Shown: positions 19,487 to 29,056 of the stretch, piece by piece
Layout of the letters: each line of letters starts with the position of its first letter
How positions within the stretch are numbered: the stretch's first letter is position 1
NCBI GenBank assembly: GCA_050331735.1
Contig: JBHJGN010000016.1
Coordinates: 1 to 64,000 of the forward strand
Length of the DNA: 64,000 nt
Source of the DNA: Cyanophyceae cyanobacterium
GTDB lineage: Bacteria; Cyanobacteriota; Cyanobacteriia; Cyanobacteriales; JBHJGN01
Direction: 5' to 3'
Translations under genes and position numbers: made by a program
Notes under the pieces: model-generated
Databases searched by the model: none
What the model saw: the letters and a program-made list of their open reading frames with translations, nothing else
Told to the model about the DNA's origin: nothing

Positions 19487-19616
19487 AGAGCAGGAATCGG
19501 GAGGATGATTGTTGGCTCTATCCTCGCTATTGACCGCTATTCCCACAGAACTATCGCGAGAGATGAGCGGCCAAAAAGATGTGCTAAAGTAAAACCCGGA
19601 ATGGGGTTCAATTAAG

Positions 19617-21908
19617 ATGCAGCGCTATCTAACAGCTTTACTCTTGGGAACGCTAACGGCGGCTTCCGGTCTGGCCTCTGCTTCCGCCAGCATACGCAAC
19701 GCAGCAGCGGAAAGCATCGACGAGAGGCGAACACCGCAGGCAGTGCTGCACTCTATGCAGCCTGCAACCGTGACGGCTAATCTCAGTCAGGAGAACAGCA
19801 TCGACCCTCGCCCGCTATACCTGCTGACGGAAAATCTAGCCTCTAGTGAACGTCAAGCGTTTCCCCTGATCACTGGAGTCACCTATACTGCCGATCCAGC
19901 CTACCAAAATCCCCCCGATACAACAAATCGTCGGCTGATCGATGGCGATCCGAAGAATAACTGGAATCATCGCGTGGGAGTCAACCATGCCGATCAAACG
20001 GTAACGTTTGATTTTCAGCAGCCCTTTGATATTGAAATTGTTGAGATTAAGTTTTTCCAAGGGAACAAAAACCACCCCCGCCAGATTCAGGCGGCCCTCG
20101 CTGAGACGACGGATGGACCTTGGCAGCACGAACAGAGCGTGGAGTTTGCCAACTGCAACAGCCAAACCTGCACCCTCACCTGGTCAGCAGATACTGTGGG
20201 TCGCTTCCTCAAGCTCGACTTCGAGCTGCTTCAGTGGGGATGGTATGTTCAAGAGGTGCGAGTATACGGGCGGCTTCCGGCGGCTGAGGTGCAGGCAGCG
20301 AAGACAGACTCTGGCGAACTACTGCTGGTTGATGAAGCCGGACCGCGCGCCACGATTGTCGTGGGCGATCACCCCACTGAGGAAACCCGAGAAGCAGCCT
20401 CCTACCTTCAGTATTATCTCTATAGCATGACGGGTGCCACGCTGCCCATTGTGGCAGAAGCAGCGTTTGACGGGGAGAGCGCTGCGCTGCTCGTCGGTCC
20501 TTCAGCACTGGCCCAAGAAAAGGGAGTGAGTGTTTCCCAAGACATCCTAGACGACGATCGTTTTGTGCTCAAAAGTGGCTCAGACTGGGTAGCGATGGTG
20601 GGCAACGATGCTGACGAACTCTCGGGTACCGCCTATGCTGTCTTTGAGTTTTTGCAGCGCATGGGCGCTGGCTGGTTTGCCCCCAAGCTAGCTTATCATG
20701 CGGTACCTGAGCTGTCGCTGCCGCTGCGAATCAGCCCTCTCGATTTCGACGAACGGCCTGTCTTCAAACACCGCAAGATCTGGACCAATTACCAAACCCG
20801 CGGACTCGAGAAACTCTATGCTCAACCCTATCTTTATGCCGTTAAGGCGGGTGGTCGAGAAGTCGCTCACGGCAACCATACTCTCGATAACCTCGTGCCG
20901 CCCCAGGAAGTGCGCGCTTCTCATCCCGAGTGGTATCCCAAAGGAGCCGGACAGCCAGACATCTGCAATCCGGAAGTGATTGAGTACGTGGCTCAGAAAC
21001 TGAGGCAGAGAATTGAGGAGGCTCCCCAGCATCGACCCCTAGAAATAGATATTGGTCAAAACGATACCGATAAATGGGTCAGAACTTCCCACACAGAGCG
21101 CTGCGGTCGCAATCCGGCGGCTCACATGATGTATTTTGCCAACGAGCTTGCTAAAGAACTGCGCTCCTCTCATCCGGAGCGGTTTCGCCTGACTCATTTG
21201 GCCTACGGGACGGCCCATAATCTTCCCAATCCCCCGCTCGAAGCAGAGCCAGAGGTTAAAATCTTCTATGTTCACCAGGGCAATCAAGCTAGACCGATTT
21301 CCTTTCCGGTCTACCCCAATCGCTGCGGAGATCCCCGCTGTGAGTACAATCTAATCCGAAGGTGGACCCAAACCAAGGCTCTGCAAGGAATTTGGCAATG
21401 GTGGATTCCCTACTGGAACCACAAGGAATGGGTGAACGGTCTCTGGTACGGCGGAGAAACGGCGATCGCCAATCAGCGTTTGTGGGAAGAGCTGGGCGTC
21501 GAGTATCTCTGGTACGAGAGCCACTATCCCCAGCAAAGATGGCCCCTGAATTTCTGGGCACAGTTTTATGTTGGGCAAACAGGAGCCTGGAACCCTTCTC
21601 AGGAGGCAGACGCCATTTTACGGGAGGCGATGGAAAAACTATTTGTCGAAGCGGCAGAACCGATGTTTCAATACTACAAAACTCTAGAAACCGGTCTGCC
21701 AGCCATGAACAAAGGCAGAAAGCCAATTATTAACTGGAACCTCCCTGCGCTCGCTTATTCTTACCGAGACGATTTGGCACAGTTAAACGATCGTCTTCAG
21801 CGGGCTGAACAGCTTGCTCAATCCTCTGCGGTTAAAGCTCGCCTCGTCGAGGAACGCCGCCTTTTTGAAACGATGCAGGAGACAATAGCCGAACATTCTT
21901 TGAGATGA
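19617..21908 (+). CDS. Secreted DUF4838-like protein with F5/8-type C (discoidin) domain
   Basis: Signal peptide; LIDGD...VTFDF...GRFLKL...VQEVRVYG discoidin pattern; GH67/GH20 N-domain-like segment (LQYYLYSMTGATLPI...GTAYAVFEFL...WFAP); HPEWY...QPDICNPEV of DUF4838-like proteins. Confidence 0.7.
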   Translation: MQRYLTALLLGTLTAASGLASASASIRNAAAESIDERRTPQAVLHSMQPATVTANLSQENSIDPRPLYLLTENLASSERQAFPLITGVTYTADPAYQNPPDTTNRRLIDGDPKNNWNHRVGVNHADQTVTFDFQQPFDIEIVEIKFFQGNKNHPRQIQAALAETTDGPWQHEQSVEFANCNSQTCTLTWSADTVGRFLKLDFELLQWGWYVQEVRVYGRLPAAEVQAAKTDSGELLLVDEAGPRATIVVGDHPTEETREAASYLQYYLYSMTGATLPIVAEAAFDGESAALLVGPSALAQEKGVSVSQDILDDDRFVLKSGSDWVAMVGNDADELSGTAYAVFEFLQRMGAGWFAPKLAYHAVPELSLPLRISPLDFDERPVFKHRKIWTNYQTRGLEKLYAQPYLYAVKAGGREVAHGNHTLDNLVPPQEVRASHPEWYPKGAGQPDICNPEVIEYVAQKLRQRIEEAPQHRPLEIDIGQNDTDKWVRTSHTERCGRNPAAHMMYFANELAKELRSSHPERFRLTHLAYGTAHNLPNPPLEAEPEVKIFYVHQGNQARPISFPVYPNRCGDPRCEYNLIRRWTQTKALQGIWQWWIPYWNHKEWVNGLWYGGETAIANQRLWEELGVEYLWYESHYPQQRWPLNFWAQFYVGQTGAWNPSQEADAILREAMEKLFVEAAEPMFQYYKTLETGLPAMNKGRKPIINWNLPALAYSYRDDLAQLNDRLQRAEQLAQSSAVKARLVEERRLFETMQETIAEHSLR

Positions 21909-21991
21909 TGTTTAAGTAGCTGTAATTCCATCGAAACCTAGATTTATAAATCCTAGCCAAATAACACATTTTTACCTTGCCCAAGCTGTTC

Positions 21992-22128
21992 TAATACCAT
22001 TCATCAAAAGTAGTCAGATAGTTCCCTAAACTAACCAAGACTTGGAGCAAGGGGAAAGGTAAGCACAGCAGATCTTTCCCCTTTCCCCAACTCATCAAGT
22101 CTCCTATTACTTTTTCTAATTGGTATAA
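21992..22128 (+). mobile_element. MITE-like element, copy 1
   Basis: TAATACCATT...AATTGGTATAA termini; shares ACTCATCAAGTCTCCTATTACTTTTTC with copies 2 and 3. Confidence 0.8.
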
Positions 22129-22163
22129 ATTTAGGTTTTCCCCGTTTTTCTAACAGATTAGCG

Positions 22164-23042
22164 TCAGGAACCGCTCTGCAAAAATGTTTGGAGAGCTAAA
22201 TAGGTTGCTTCCGGGGCTTCTTCTGGGAGAAAATGTCCACAGTTGATGGCCTCTCCCCAAACATCAAGCGCTCGTTCTCGCCAAATTTCTAAAACATTAT
22301 ATTTCCGCCCGACAATGCCCTTTACGCCCCATAAAGCCAGCACTGGACACTGAATTTTGTGGGTTCTGTCTGAGCGATCGTGCTCTAAATCAACAGAAGC
22401 CGAGGCGCGGTAATCTTCGCAGGTTCCGTGAATCGTTTCAGGCTTGCTGAAGCAGCGCAAATACTCAGCCACAGCCTTAGGCGTAAAAGCAGAAAAATTC
22501 TTGCCCCAGGATTGAAGACACGTTCGCAGAAAATATTCTGGATTAGCGCCAATCAGCGTCTCTGGGAAAGGGTGGGGCTGGATCAGAAAGAACCAGTGAT
22601 AGTAGGCCGAGGCAAATTCTCGATCTGTCGTCGTATACATATCATAGGTGGGGGCAATATCCAAAACGGCCAGCTTCTTAACTCGTTCGGGACGATCGAG
22701 GGTGAGGCGATGAGCCACCCGCGCCCCGCGGTCGTGACCGACTAAATAAAAATCACTGTAGCCTAGCTGAGTCATAACCTCAATCTGGTCTTGAGCCATT
22801 GCTCGTTTGGAATAGTTGCTATGATCGGCTTGAGCTGACGGCTTGTCACTATCGCCATATCCCCTTAAATCCGTGGCGACGACCGTAAATTCTGCGGCTA
22901 AGCGAGGCGCTATTTTGTGCCACATCACGTAGGTTTGAGGATAGCCGTGCAGCAGCAACACCGGCGGTCCCGATCCGCCTTTAACCACGTTGATTTTGAC
23001 TGCGCCCGTGTCGATGACTTGGTGTTCAAAATCGGCAAACAT
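22164..23042 (-). CDS. Alpha/beta hydrolase, fluoroacetate dehalogenase-like
   Basis: HGYPQT, nucleophile elbow GHDRGAR, YYHWFF, CEDYRA and catalytic GHFLPEE. Confidence 0.88.
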   Translation of the reverse strand: MFADFEHQVIDTGAVKINVVKGGSGPPVLLLHGYPQTYVMWHKIAPRLAAEFTVVATDLRGYGDSDKPSAQADHSNYSKRAMAQDQIEVMTQLGYSDFYLVGHDRGARVAHRLTLDRPERVKKLAVLDIAPTYDMYTTTDREFASAYYHWFFLIQPHPFPETLIGANPEYFLRTCLQSWGKNFSAFTPKAVAEYLRCFSKPETIHGTCEDYRASASVDLEHDRSDRTHKIQCPVLALWGVKGIVGRKYNVLEIWRERALDVWGEAINCGHFLPEEAPEATYLALQTFLQSGS

Positions 23043-23269
23043 TATTCAAACGATCTCGCAATTAACTGTTCAATGAGCAAGGAAGACTTTTCTGCGTAAT
23101 CATCCATGCCGATTTCGGTAATACTTAGCCCAGTATAAGCGTAGAGCGATCGCTTTTTATCCAGTAGCTTTGTCAACGGATTTGTGGGGCAGAATTTTGT
23201 GACGAGATCGCCCATTTTTCGGGTGGCAATCGCTATAAACTGAAAGGCGGATAGATTGAGAGTCACCCT

Positions 23270-24220
23270 ATGTCTAACCCTTCATTCGCGACCACTAGCG
23301 CCAATCCCTGGCCAAGCATTTCTCTAAAAGACTGGCAGGACACCTGTACAACCCTGCATCTTTGGACTCAAATTGTCGGTAAAATCCGGCTAGTGCAAAT
23401 GCCCTGGACGAATCACTCCTGGCACGTTCCTCTCTACGTTACCGCTCGCGGTTTAACCACTGCCTCGATGCCGGACAAAAACCGCTCTTTCCAAATTGAT
23501 TTTGATTTTATTGACCAACAGCTTTTGATTCAGAGCAGCGACGGGCTCGTTAAAACCCTCCCTCTCAAACCGCAATCAGTCGCTGATTTCTATAATCAGG
23601 TCATGGGACTGCTGCAAGAGCTAGATATGGAAGTTGCCATCAACACAAAACCGAACGAAGTTGCTGACCCCATTCCTTTTGAGCAGGATCGAGAACACGC
23701 TTCCTATGATGGCGAAGCCGCTCAACGCTTCTGGCAGGCACTGGTCCAGATGGATCGGGTATTTAAGCGTTTTCGGGCTCGTTATGTTGGCAAGTGCAGC
23801 CCTGTACACTTTTTCTGGGGCAGTTTCGATCTAGCCGTGACTCGCTTTTCTGGTCGTCCGGCTCCAGAACATCCCGGCGGCGTTCCTAATCTGCCTGACT
23901 GGGCAGCCAAAGAAGCGTATTCCCAGGAAGTAAGCAGCGCTGGATTCTGGCCCGGTAACGGGATTGGCTACCCGGCCTTCTATTCCTACGCCTATCCGAC
24001 GCCGGAAGGCTTCAGCGAGGCGACCGTGCGTCCAGCAGCCGCTTTTTACAGTAGCGACCTAGGAGAGTTTGTGCTTCCCTACGAAGCCGTACAGCACTCA
24101 GAATCACCCGATGACACGCTGCTAGATTTCCTCCAAAGTACCTACGAGGCTGCTGCTAACCTGGGCAACTGGAATCGGGAGGCGCTAGAAGCCCAAGGAT
24201 TTCCGTTTGAGAACTATTGA
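23270..24220 (+). CDS. DUF5996-family protein
   Basis: Motifs TLHLWTQIVGKIRL, NHSWHV, PVHFFWGSFDLAVTRFSG and EAYSQEVSSAGFWPG. Confidence 0.8.
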   Translation: MSNPSFATTSANPWPSISLKDWQDTCTTLHLWTQIVGKIRLVQMPWTNHSWHVPLYVTARGLTTASMPDKNRSFQIDFDFIDQQLLIQSSDGLVKTLPLKPQSVADFYNQVMGLLQELDMEVAINTKPNEVADPIPFEQDREHASYDGEAAQRFWQALVQMDRVFKRFRARYVGKCSPVHFFWGSFDLAVTRFSGRPAPEHPGGVPNLPDWAAKEAYSQEVSSAGFWPGNGIGYPAFYSYAYPTPEGFSEATVRPAAAFYSSDLGEFVLPYEAVQHSESPDDTLLDFLQSTYEAAANLGNWNREALEAQGFPFENY

Positions 24221-24285
24221 CCAGGGAGATTAAAGCTGAAGCAAAGTTTTTACCAGAGCGGTCGAGGAACGGTTGAAACTGTCGT

Positions 24286-24786
24286 CTATATCTGCGCTCC
24301 CTGCTGACGCAAAACTTCTTTAGCCCGCACGACTTCTTGTTCTGTTCCCCTAACTACCACTAAATATCTGGTGCTAAGGCTCTCGCTATCGGCTACCGTT
24401 GCTTTGGGGGCAGTGCCGCCAGACAGTGCACCGATGATGCTGAAAGCCAGCGCCCCAATCAGGCCTCCTGCTGTAGCAACGAGCATTGTAAAGGTTCCCG
24501 GATGAGAGGAAACGTCGGGACCGATACCCGAGGAACTAGTGGCACCAACACTAATGAATAAACCAGCACCACTCCCGAGAACGGCCCCGGCGATGGCCGC
24601 GCCAAAGGAGCTTTTCCGGGCTCGAGAATCTTTTTGACTCGGTTTGGGGTCAATAGCTTGCGTTTCGATAGATATTTGCGATCGCGCAAATCCCGCTGCT
24701 TCGAGGGCACTTTGAGCTTCCTGCGCTTCCGGCTCAGTCGAGAACTTGGCAATCGCCTGCTTTGATTGAGATTGCTGACTAGTCAT
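24286..24786 (-). CDS. Gly-zipper general-stress-type membrane protein
   Basis: Ferredoxin-like ends (AKF...EAQSALEAAGF...ISI / YLVVVRGT...AKEVL) flank a Gly/Ala-rich TM hairpin. Confidence 0.7.
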   Translation of the reverse strand: MTSQQSQSKQAIAKFSTEPEAQEAQSALEAAGFARSQISIETQAIDPKPSQKDSRARKSSFGAAIAGAVLGSGAGLFISVGATSSSGIGPDVSSHPGTFTMLVATAGGLIGALAFSIIGALSGGTAPKATVADSESLSTRYLVVVRGTEQEVVRAKEVLRQQGAQI

Positions 24787-24837
24787 ATAGGAATAGGAAA
24801 ATGGGGATGCTTATCAATCCCGGATTGCTAGAGTGAA

Positions 24838-25254
24838 TTACTGTTGAGGTTCCTCGTCGCGTCCTTTGACCTCTGCCGGGGGACTCGTGGCTTCAACGGC
24901 TGTAAACGGTTCTAAGATTTTGTAGGAATGAGCCGCTCCCTTCGGCACTACCCAAGAGTCACCAGGCTCTAGCAGCACCATCTGACCTTCGATGTGCAGC
25001 TCGCTCCGACCAGAAATCACGTAGCCAACCGTTTCATAATCTCGCTGTACTTTAGGATAAGGATCGGCGGGCTGTTCATTTTCCCAAAGGCGCATGGAGA
25101 GACTAGTGCCGGAAGCCAAGTATTTTTGACCCATTTCTCCTTGCGGGGAATAGGCAGAATTAATTTTTTTGACGGTAGTATCGCTCATATCCGTAGGTAC
25201 AAATTGTGCATCAATGATCTTGGGGTCAATACCAGAAATATTCACGCTAGGCAT
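24838..25254 (-). CDS. Cupin-domain protein
   Basis: GEMGQKYLASG, RDYETVGYVISG...LEPGDSWVVPKGAAHSY. The true start may be MSDTTVKK at 25188. Confidence 0.85.
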   Translation of the reverse strand: MPSVNISGIDPKIIDAQFVPTDMSDTTVKKINSAYSPQGEMGQKYLASGTSLSMRLWENEQPADPYPKVQRDYETVGYVISGRSELHIEGQMVLLEPGDSWVVPKGAAHSYKILEPFTAVEATSPPAEVKGRDEEPQQ

Positions 25255-25301
25255 TAGTAGCGCCTGTTCGCTCCTATTGTTTTAATTTTGCTTGTCAATT
25301 C

Positions 25302-25346
25302 AATGTATGAATCTTATCGCCGACAGAGCGTCCTTCTGTGGAGAGA
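25302..25346 (-). promoter_or_regulatory. Palindromic motif TCTCTCCACAGAAGGACG + 21 nt + TACATT (-10)
   Basis: Same architecture as 9364-9408. Confidence 0.45.
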
Positions 25347-25440
25347 TTTGCAGCGAGAGGCTATAAAAATACCGCAATGCCTGCACCGGAATAGTTGGCT
25401 TTCAAAGCCGTGTGGCGTTAACTGAAGCAAAAGCGATCGC

Positions 25441-25797
25441 CTACTTTTGAAAAAACCTGTAGGCTGCCTCTGCCATCAGTGCAGAGATTTCTGGTTCTCC
25501 CCGTTTGTAAAACAAATCTGCCAAAGCATTAAAGATATCAAAGTTAGTCGCACCCTGCGCTTCTAGCTCTTCAAAGGCTCTGCGAGTGGCAATAAAGGCT
25601 TGCTTCGTTGATAGCTGAAATTGAGCTTGCTCATCGCAGCCGGGATTTAGCTCCGGGCTTTCTAGGTTAGAACTTTGTTGACGCTTCGCGTCGACCCCGG
25701 AGTGGGGAACCTCAGAGCGTAAATCTGTTTCGGAGTCAGACATTCGGGCAGAAGGTTGAGCGTCGCTGGCTTCTTTTGAGGGCTGATACTGTGACAT
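25441..25797 (-). CDS. Hypothetical protein
   Basis: 118 aa; disordered N-terminus and helical C-terminus. Confidence 0.65.
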   Translation of the reverse strand: MSQYQPSKEASDAQPSARMSDSETDLRSEVPHSGVDAKRQQSSNLESPELNPGCDEQAQFQLSTKQAFIATRRAFEELEAQGATNFDIFNALADLFYKRGEPEISALMAEAAYRFFQK

Positions 25798-25824
25798 GAA
25801 GAGTCCCGTTTGTATACTTGCTCT

Positions 25825-25868
25825 AAGTTACTCGCTACGCCTCAATATTTCCTCTGTCTGCTGGGCGA
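25825..25868 (-). promoter_or_regulatory. Palindromic motif TCGCCCAGCAGACAGAGG + 20 nt + TAACTT (-10)
   Basis: Same architecture as 9894-9937. Confidence 0.4.
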
Positions 25869-25926
25869 CAAAGCGAGCCACAATAACAAGTAAGCCGCTT
25901 CACTGAGGCTGATACAGTCGCAGGAC

Positions 25927-27657
25927 TTAACTCCGACGACGATAGAGTTGTAAAAGTCCTCTGTTCGGGGAGGTATAGATCAATTCATACCCTCGGTTTA
26001 GCTGAGCCAAAATTGCTTGCGTATTAGTATATTCATACTGTTGTTCTTGCAGTTGCCAGAGAAGTACATAGTCAACTTTTCCGGTTGTCTGCTGCTCGTA
26101 AGCCTGAATATCTACCCCCGGAACTGCCGGATTTGCTGCAACAATCTCTCGCGATTGTTTGATGTAAAGGTAATTAAAAGGATTAATTTCACTCTGAAAA
26201 TTAATCGGAAAATATTCTAGGTTAGCTGCATAGTTATTGAGATAAACGCTGTGTCTTTGAGCTGCTAAATATCCTGCTGCATGAATAAAAGTACCAATCT
26301 GCCACGGTTGGCCGAAGAACAAAAACCGACCGTAGGGCTGCCAGAAAAGGGGCTTTCCTGCGGTTGTTTGGGCAAAATAGGAGAAGTTAATTGTTAGTAG
26401 AGTTGATTCGGTTTCGACTAACTGCGCACCCGAAAGATATTCTTTCAGATAGCCGTTAAGCTTAGCATATTGCCAGGTATGTACGCCGAGTAAAAATAAA
26501 GAAAGAGCAATGGCAATTAGCTGAATCCTTTTTGCCATAACGTAACGATAGCTTTTTGCTCCTAGCCACAGGATAAGCGCGAAATAGGGATAGAGCATCA
26601 TGCGCTCTTTAATCGTGACGCTATCATGCACTTGAGCGGGCGCCACAAAATAAATGACAACATAACCAACAAAAACTGCAAGCCAGCCATCTTCGTAGTG
26701 AAGCTGACGCTGCTTAATCTTTTGAATCAGGAAGTAAACAGTAACAGACATCAATAGACAGACTAAACCAATCGAAAATAGCAGTTCGATTTGGTCATAA
26801 GAAGCTAAAGAATCTAACCTGAGTAAAGACCACAGCTTTGTCAGGTCAAAAGAGTAATTTCCTCTAGAGCTTCCCTTCGGTTTCTGCAAAATAAATTGCG
26901 CGACTAGCAACAAAGACGGAAAAAAAGCAATGACTAAAGGAGCAGCTTGTTGAAAGAAAAATAGCAAAAGCTGCTGACTGCTCAACTGGGGTCGAATAAA
27001 GATTTGCCAGAAGGTTTGCCAAATCAGCAAAATAGCGATCGCTACATAGGCAGTAATTAACGAAAAGATATGACAACCGTAGAGTAAAAGCGACAGTAAC
27101 CCCAAAACTACTACGCGATAACAGCTTGGCTGTTGCTGATACCTTAACCAGTATCCAATCAAGAAGAAAAATAAAATCAGGCTATAGGAAAAGTTATAAA
27201 ATCCGAGGTGTAGCGTAATATTAAAAATAAATGGAAAACTTAAGAAAACAAAATATTTTGCCTCCTTCGTAATCGCCCCAAGGGTATAAGCGACAGCTAG
27301 AGGCAGTAAAATTACATAGCTACTCAAGAAAAATTTTTCGGCAGTTATCGGCGAAACCACAGTCATTAATCCTGCCATTGCAATGTGGCTAAACCAGTTG
27401 GGAGCAAGATTAGGATTGAATGTATAGTATTGCTGAAAAAAAGAATCAGAGGCCAAGAAATATTCTTTTAAAACCTCAGCGTTGTGAACATGAGCTGGAC
27501 CATCTTGAGAAGGAAAATAGCGGAATAACCAAATCGGTAGAAGATGAACCGTAATTAGCCCCCACAGCAGGAAGTTTTCTGTTGTTTTCCACCCAGTTTT
27601 CGTCTGATTCTGAAACCAAGGCATGGAGCATACTATGTTTTTCATTTTCCTTGCCAA
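25927..27657 (-). CDS. Polytopic membrane protein, GT-C glycosyltransferase-like
   Basis: About 11-13 TM helices; PSQDGPAH in the first loop; ER motif; soluble C-terminal domain. AT-richer than its neighbours. Confidence 0.6.
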   Translation of the reverse strand: MARKMKNIVCSMPWFQNQTKTGWKTTENFLLWGLITVHLLPIWLFRYFPSQDGPAHVHNAEVLKEYFLASDSFFQQYYTFNPNLAPNWFSHIAMAGLMTVVSPITAEKFFLSSYVILLPLAVAYTLGAITKEAKYFVFLSFPFIFNITLHLGFYNFSYSLILFFFLIGYWLRYQQQPSCYRVVVLGLLSLLLYGCHIFSLITAYVAIAILLIWQTFWQIFIRPQLSSQQLLLFFFQQAAPLVIAFFPSLLLVAQFILQKPKGSSRGNYSFDLTKLWSLLRLDSLASYDQIELLFSIGLVCLLMSVTVYFLIQKIKQRQLHYEDGWLAVFVGYVVIYFVAPAQVHDSVTIKERMMLYPYFALILWLGAKSYRYVMAKRIQLIAIALSLFLLGVHTWQYAKLNGYLKEYLSGAQLVETESTLLTINFSYFAQTTAGKPLFWQPYGRFLFFGQPWQIGTFIHAAGYLAAQRHSVYLNNYAANLEYFPINFQSEINPFNYLYIKQSREIVAANPAVPGVDIQAYEQQTTGKVDYVLLWQLQEQQYEYTNTQAILAQLNRGYELIYTSPNRGLLQLYRRRS

Positions 27658-28132
27658 AGTAGTGCGTTAATTCGTTTCTGTGCGCTGCTGAGGTATTCAA
27701 AGCGATCAATTAGCTTTTGTTAAAAAACGAGTTACTGAATAAAGAGTAAATCAAGGAGGAGGAAGTCGTTGTGTTTGCAATGCAAGCATGATTATGACTA
27801 TGAAGCTTTTTAAGAGTATACCCATTAAACTTCTAAAGATTTCGCTTGAATTAAAATAGCTTGTCTGAGCGCAGCGATATTGATGAAGTTGAAGAAAGTC
27901 CCCATCGTTTTACTGGGGTCTCTCTGACAACAAAAGACTGATTAATTGATGAGGGTAACTAATATTATTTGTGACCTAAGTATCTGCTAGTCCGCTAGTA
28001 AAGCCCTGAGCGTTCTTGGACTGAGAGGCTAGCTGAGGTCATCGAAAAATTTACCTTTTAGATAGCAAGCCTAGTTTGTGAAGCCCGTTATCATCATCGG
28101 TGCTACCGCCTTAAGCACAGGTGCGAGAAGAA

Positions 28133-28184
28133 GTTAAAGAACTAATAACCGCTCATTAACCTTAGCTTATAGTTCTGTTAATAA
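28133..28184 (+). promoter_or_regulatory. Pho box (SphR-type) upstream of phnC
   Basis: Five octamers at exact 11-bp period: GTTAAAGA 28133, AATAACCG 28144, ATTAACCT 28155, CTTATAGT 28166, GTTAATAA 28177. Consensus is PyTTAAPyPy(T/A). Confidence 0.75.
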
Positions 28185-28224
28185 ACAAGCGGCAAACTTG
28201 TCTATGTCATAAATAAAGGAATTT

Positions 28225-29028
28225 TTGAAGCACTTGACTCCGAACGCAGCCATCGAAGTGTCTAAACTGACAAAGAGTTTTAAGGGAAACTTGGCTCTCA
28301 ACAAAGTTAGTCTTGCGATCAACGAAGGTGAGATGGTCTCTTTGGTCGGAGCTTCGGGCTCTGGAAAATCTACCCTGCTGCGTAATATCAACGGCCTGCA
28401 GCGTTCAGACCAAGGAACAATTGAAATATTTAGGACAAAGCTTCAGACGGATGGGCGGCTTAGCTCTCGCATCAGAAGGTTACGCAGCCAAATCGGTTTT
28501 ATCTTTCAGCAGTTTAATCTGGTGAACCGCCTGACCGTTTTAGAAAACGTTCTGGTCGGTAAATCAGCTCATCTTCCCTGGCATCGTTCGGTCCTGCGCC
28601 TCTTTACCGCAGACGAGAAAATCCAGGCGCTATCAGCTCTAGAGCGAGTCGGCATTCTCGAACAGGCCTACAAGCGGGCTTCTTTACTCTCTGGGGGACA
28701 GCAGCAGCGAGTGGCGATCGCCCGCTGTCTGGTGCAGGGAGCCAAAATCATCTTAGCAGATGAACCCATTGCCTCCCTAGATCCAGAATCGGCTCGCAAG
28801 GTGATGGAGCTACTCCAGGAACTCAACCAAGACGGTCTGACGATTGTGACTTCCCTTCACCAGGTCCAAATGGTGTATCGTTACTTTCCAAGAGCGATCG
28901 CCCTCAAAGCCGGAGAGGTCAAGTTTGATGGAGACACGGATGCGCTCGACGAAGAGAGACTCAACCGCATCTATGGTGCTGCTGCCGAGGAGCTCGTTGT
29001 CCGTGGTCATGGAGAAGTTCCCGTTTAA
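28225..29028 (+). CDS. phnC: Phosphonate ABC transporter ATP-binding protein
   Basis: GASGSGKS, FQQFNLV, LSGGQQQRVAIAR and ILADEPIASLDP; first gene of phnCDE. Confidence 0.92.
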   Translation: MKHLTPNAAIEVSKLTKSFKGNLALNKVSLAINEGEMVSLVGASGSGKSTLLRNINGLQRSDQGTIEIFRTKLQTDGRLSSRIRRLRSQIGFIFQQFNLVNRLTVLENVLVGKSAHLPWHRSVLRLFTADEKIQALSALERVGILEQAYKRASLLSGGQQQRVAIARCLVQGAKIILADEPIASLDPESARKVMELLQELNQDGLTIVTSLHQVQMVYRYFPRAIALKAGEVKFDGDTDALDEERLNRIYGAAAEELVVRGHGEVPV

Positions 29029-29056
29029 TATCTAATGATTTGAGGATTCGATCACA

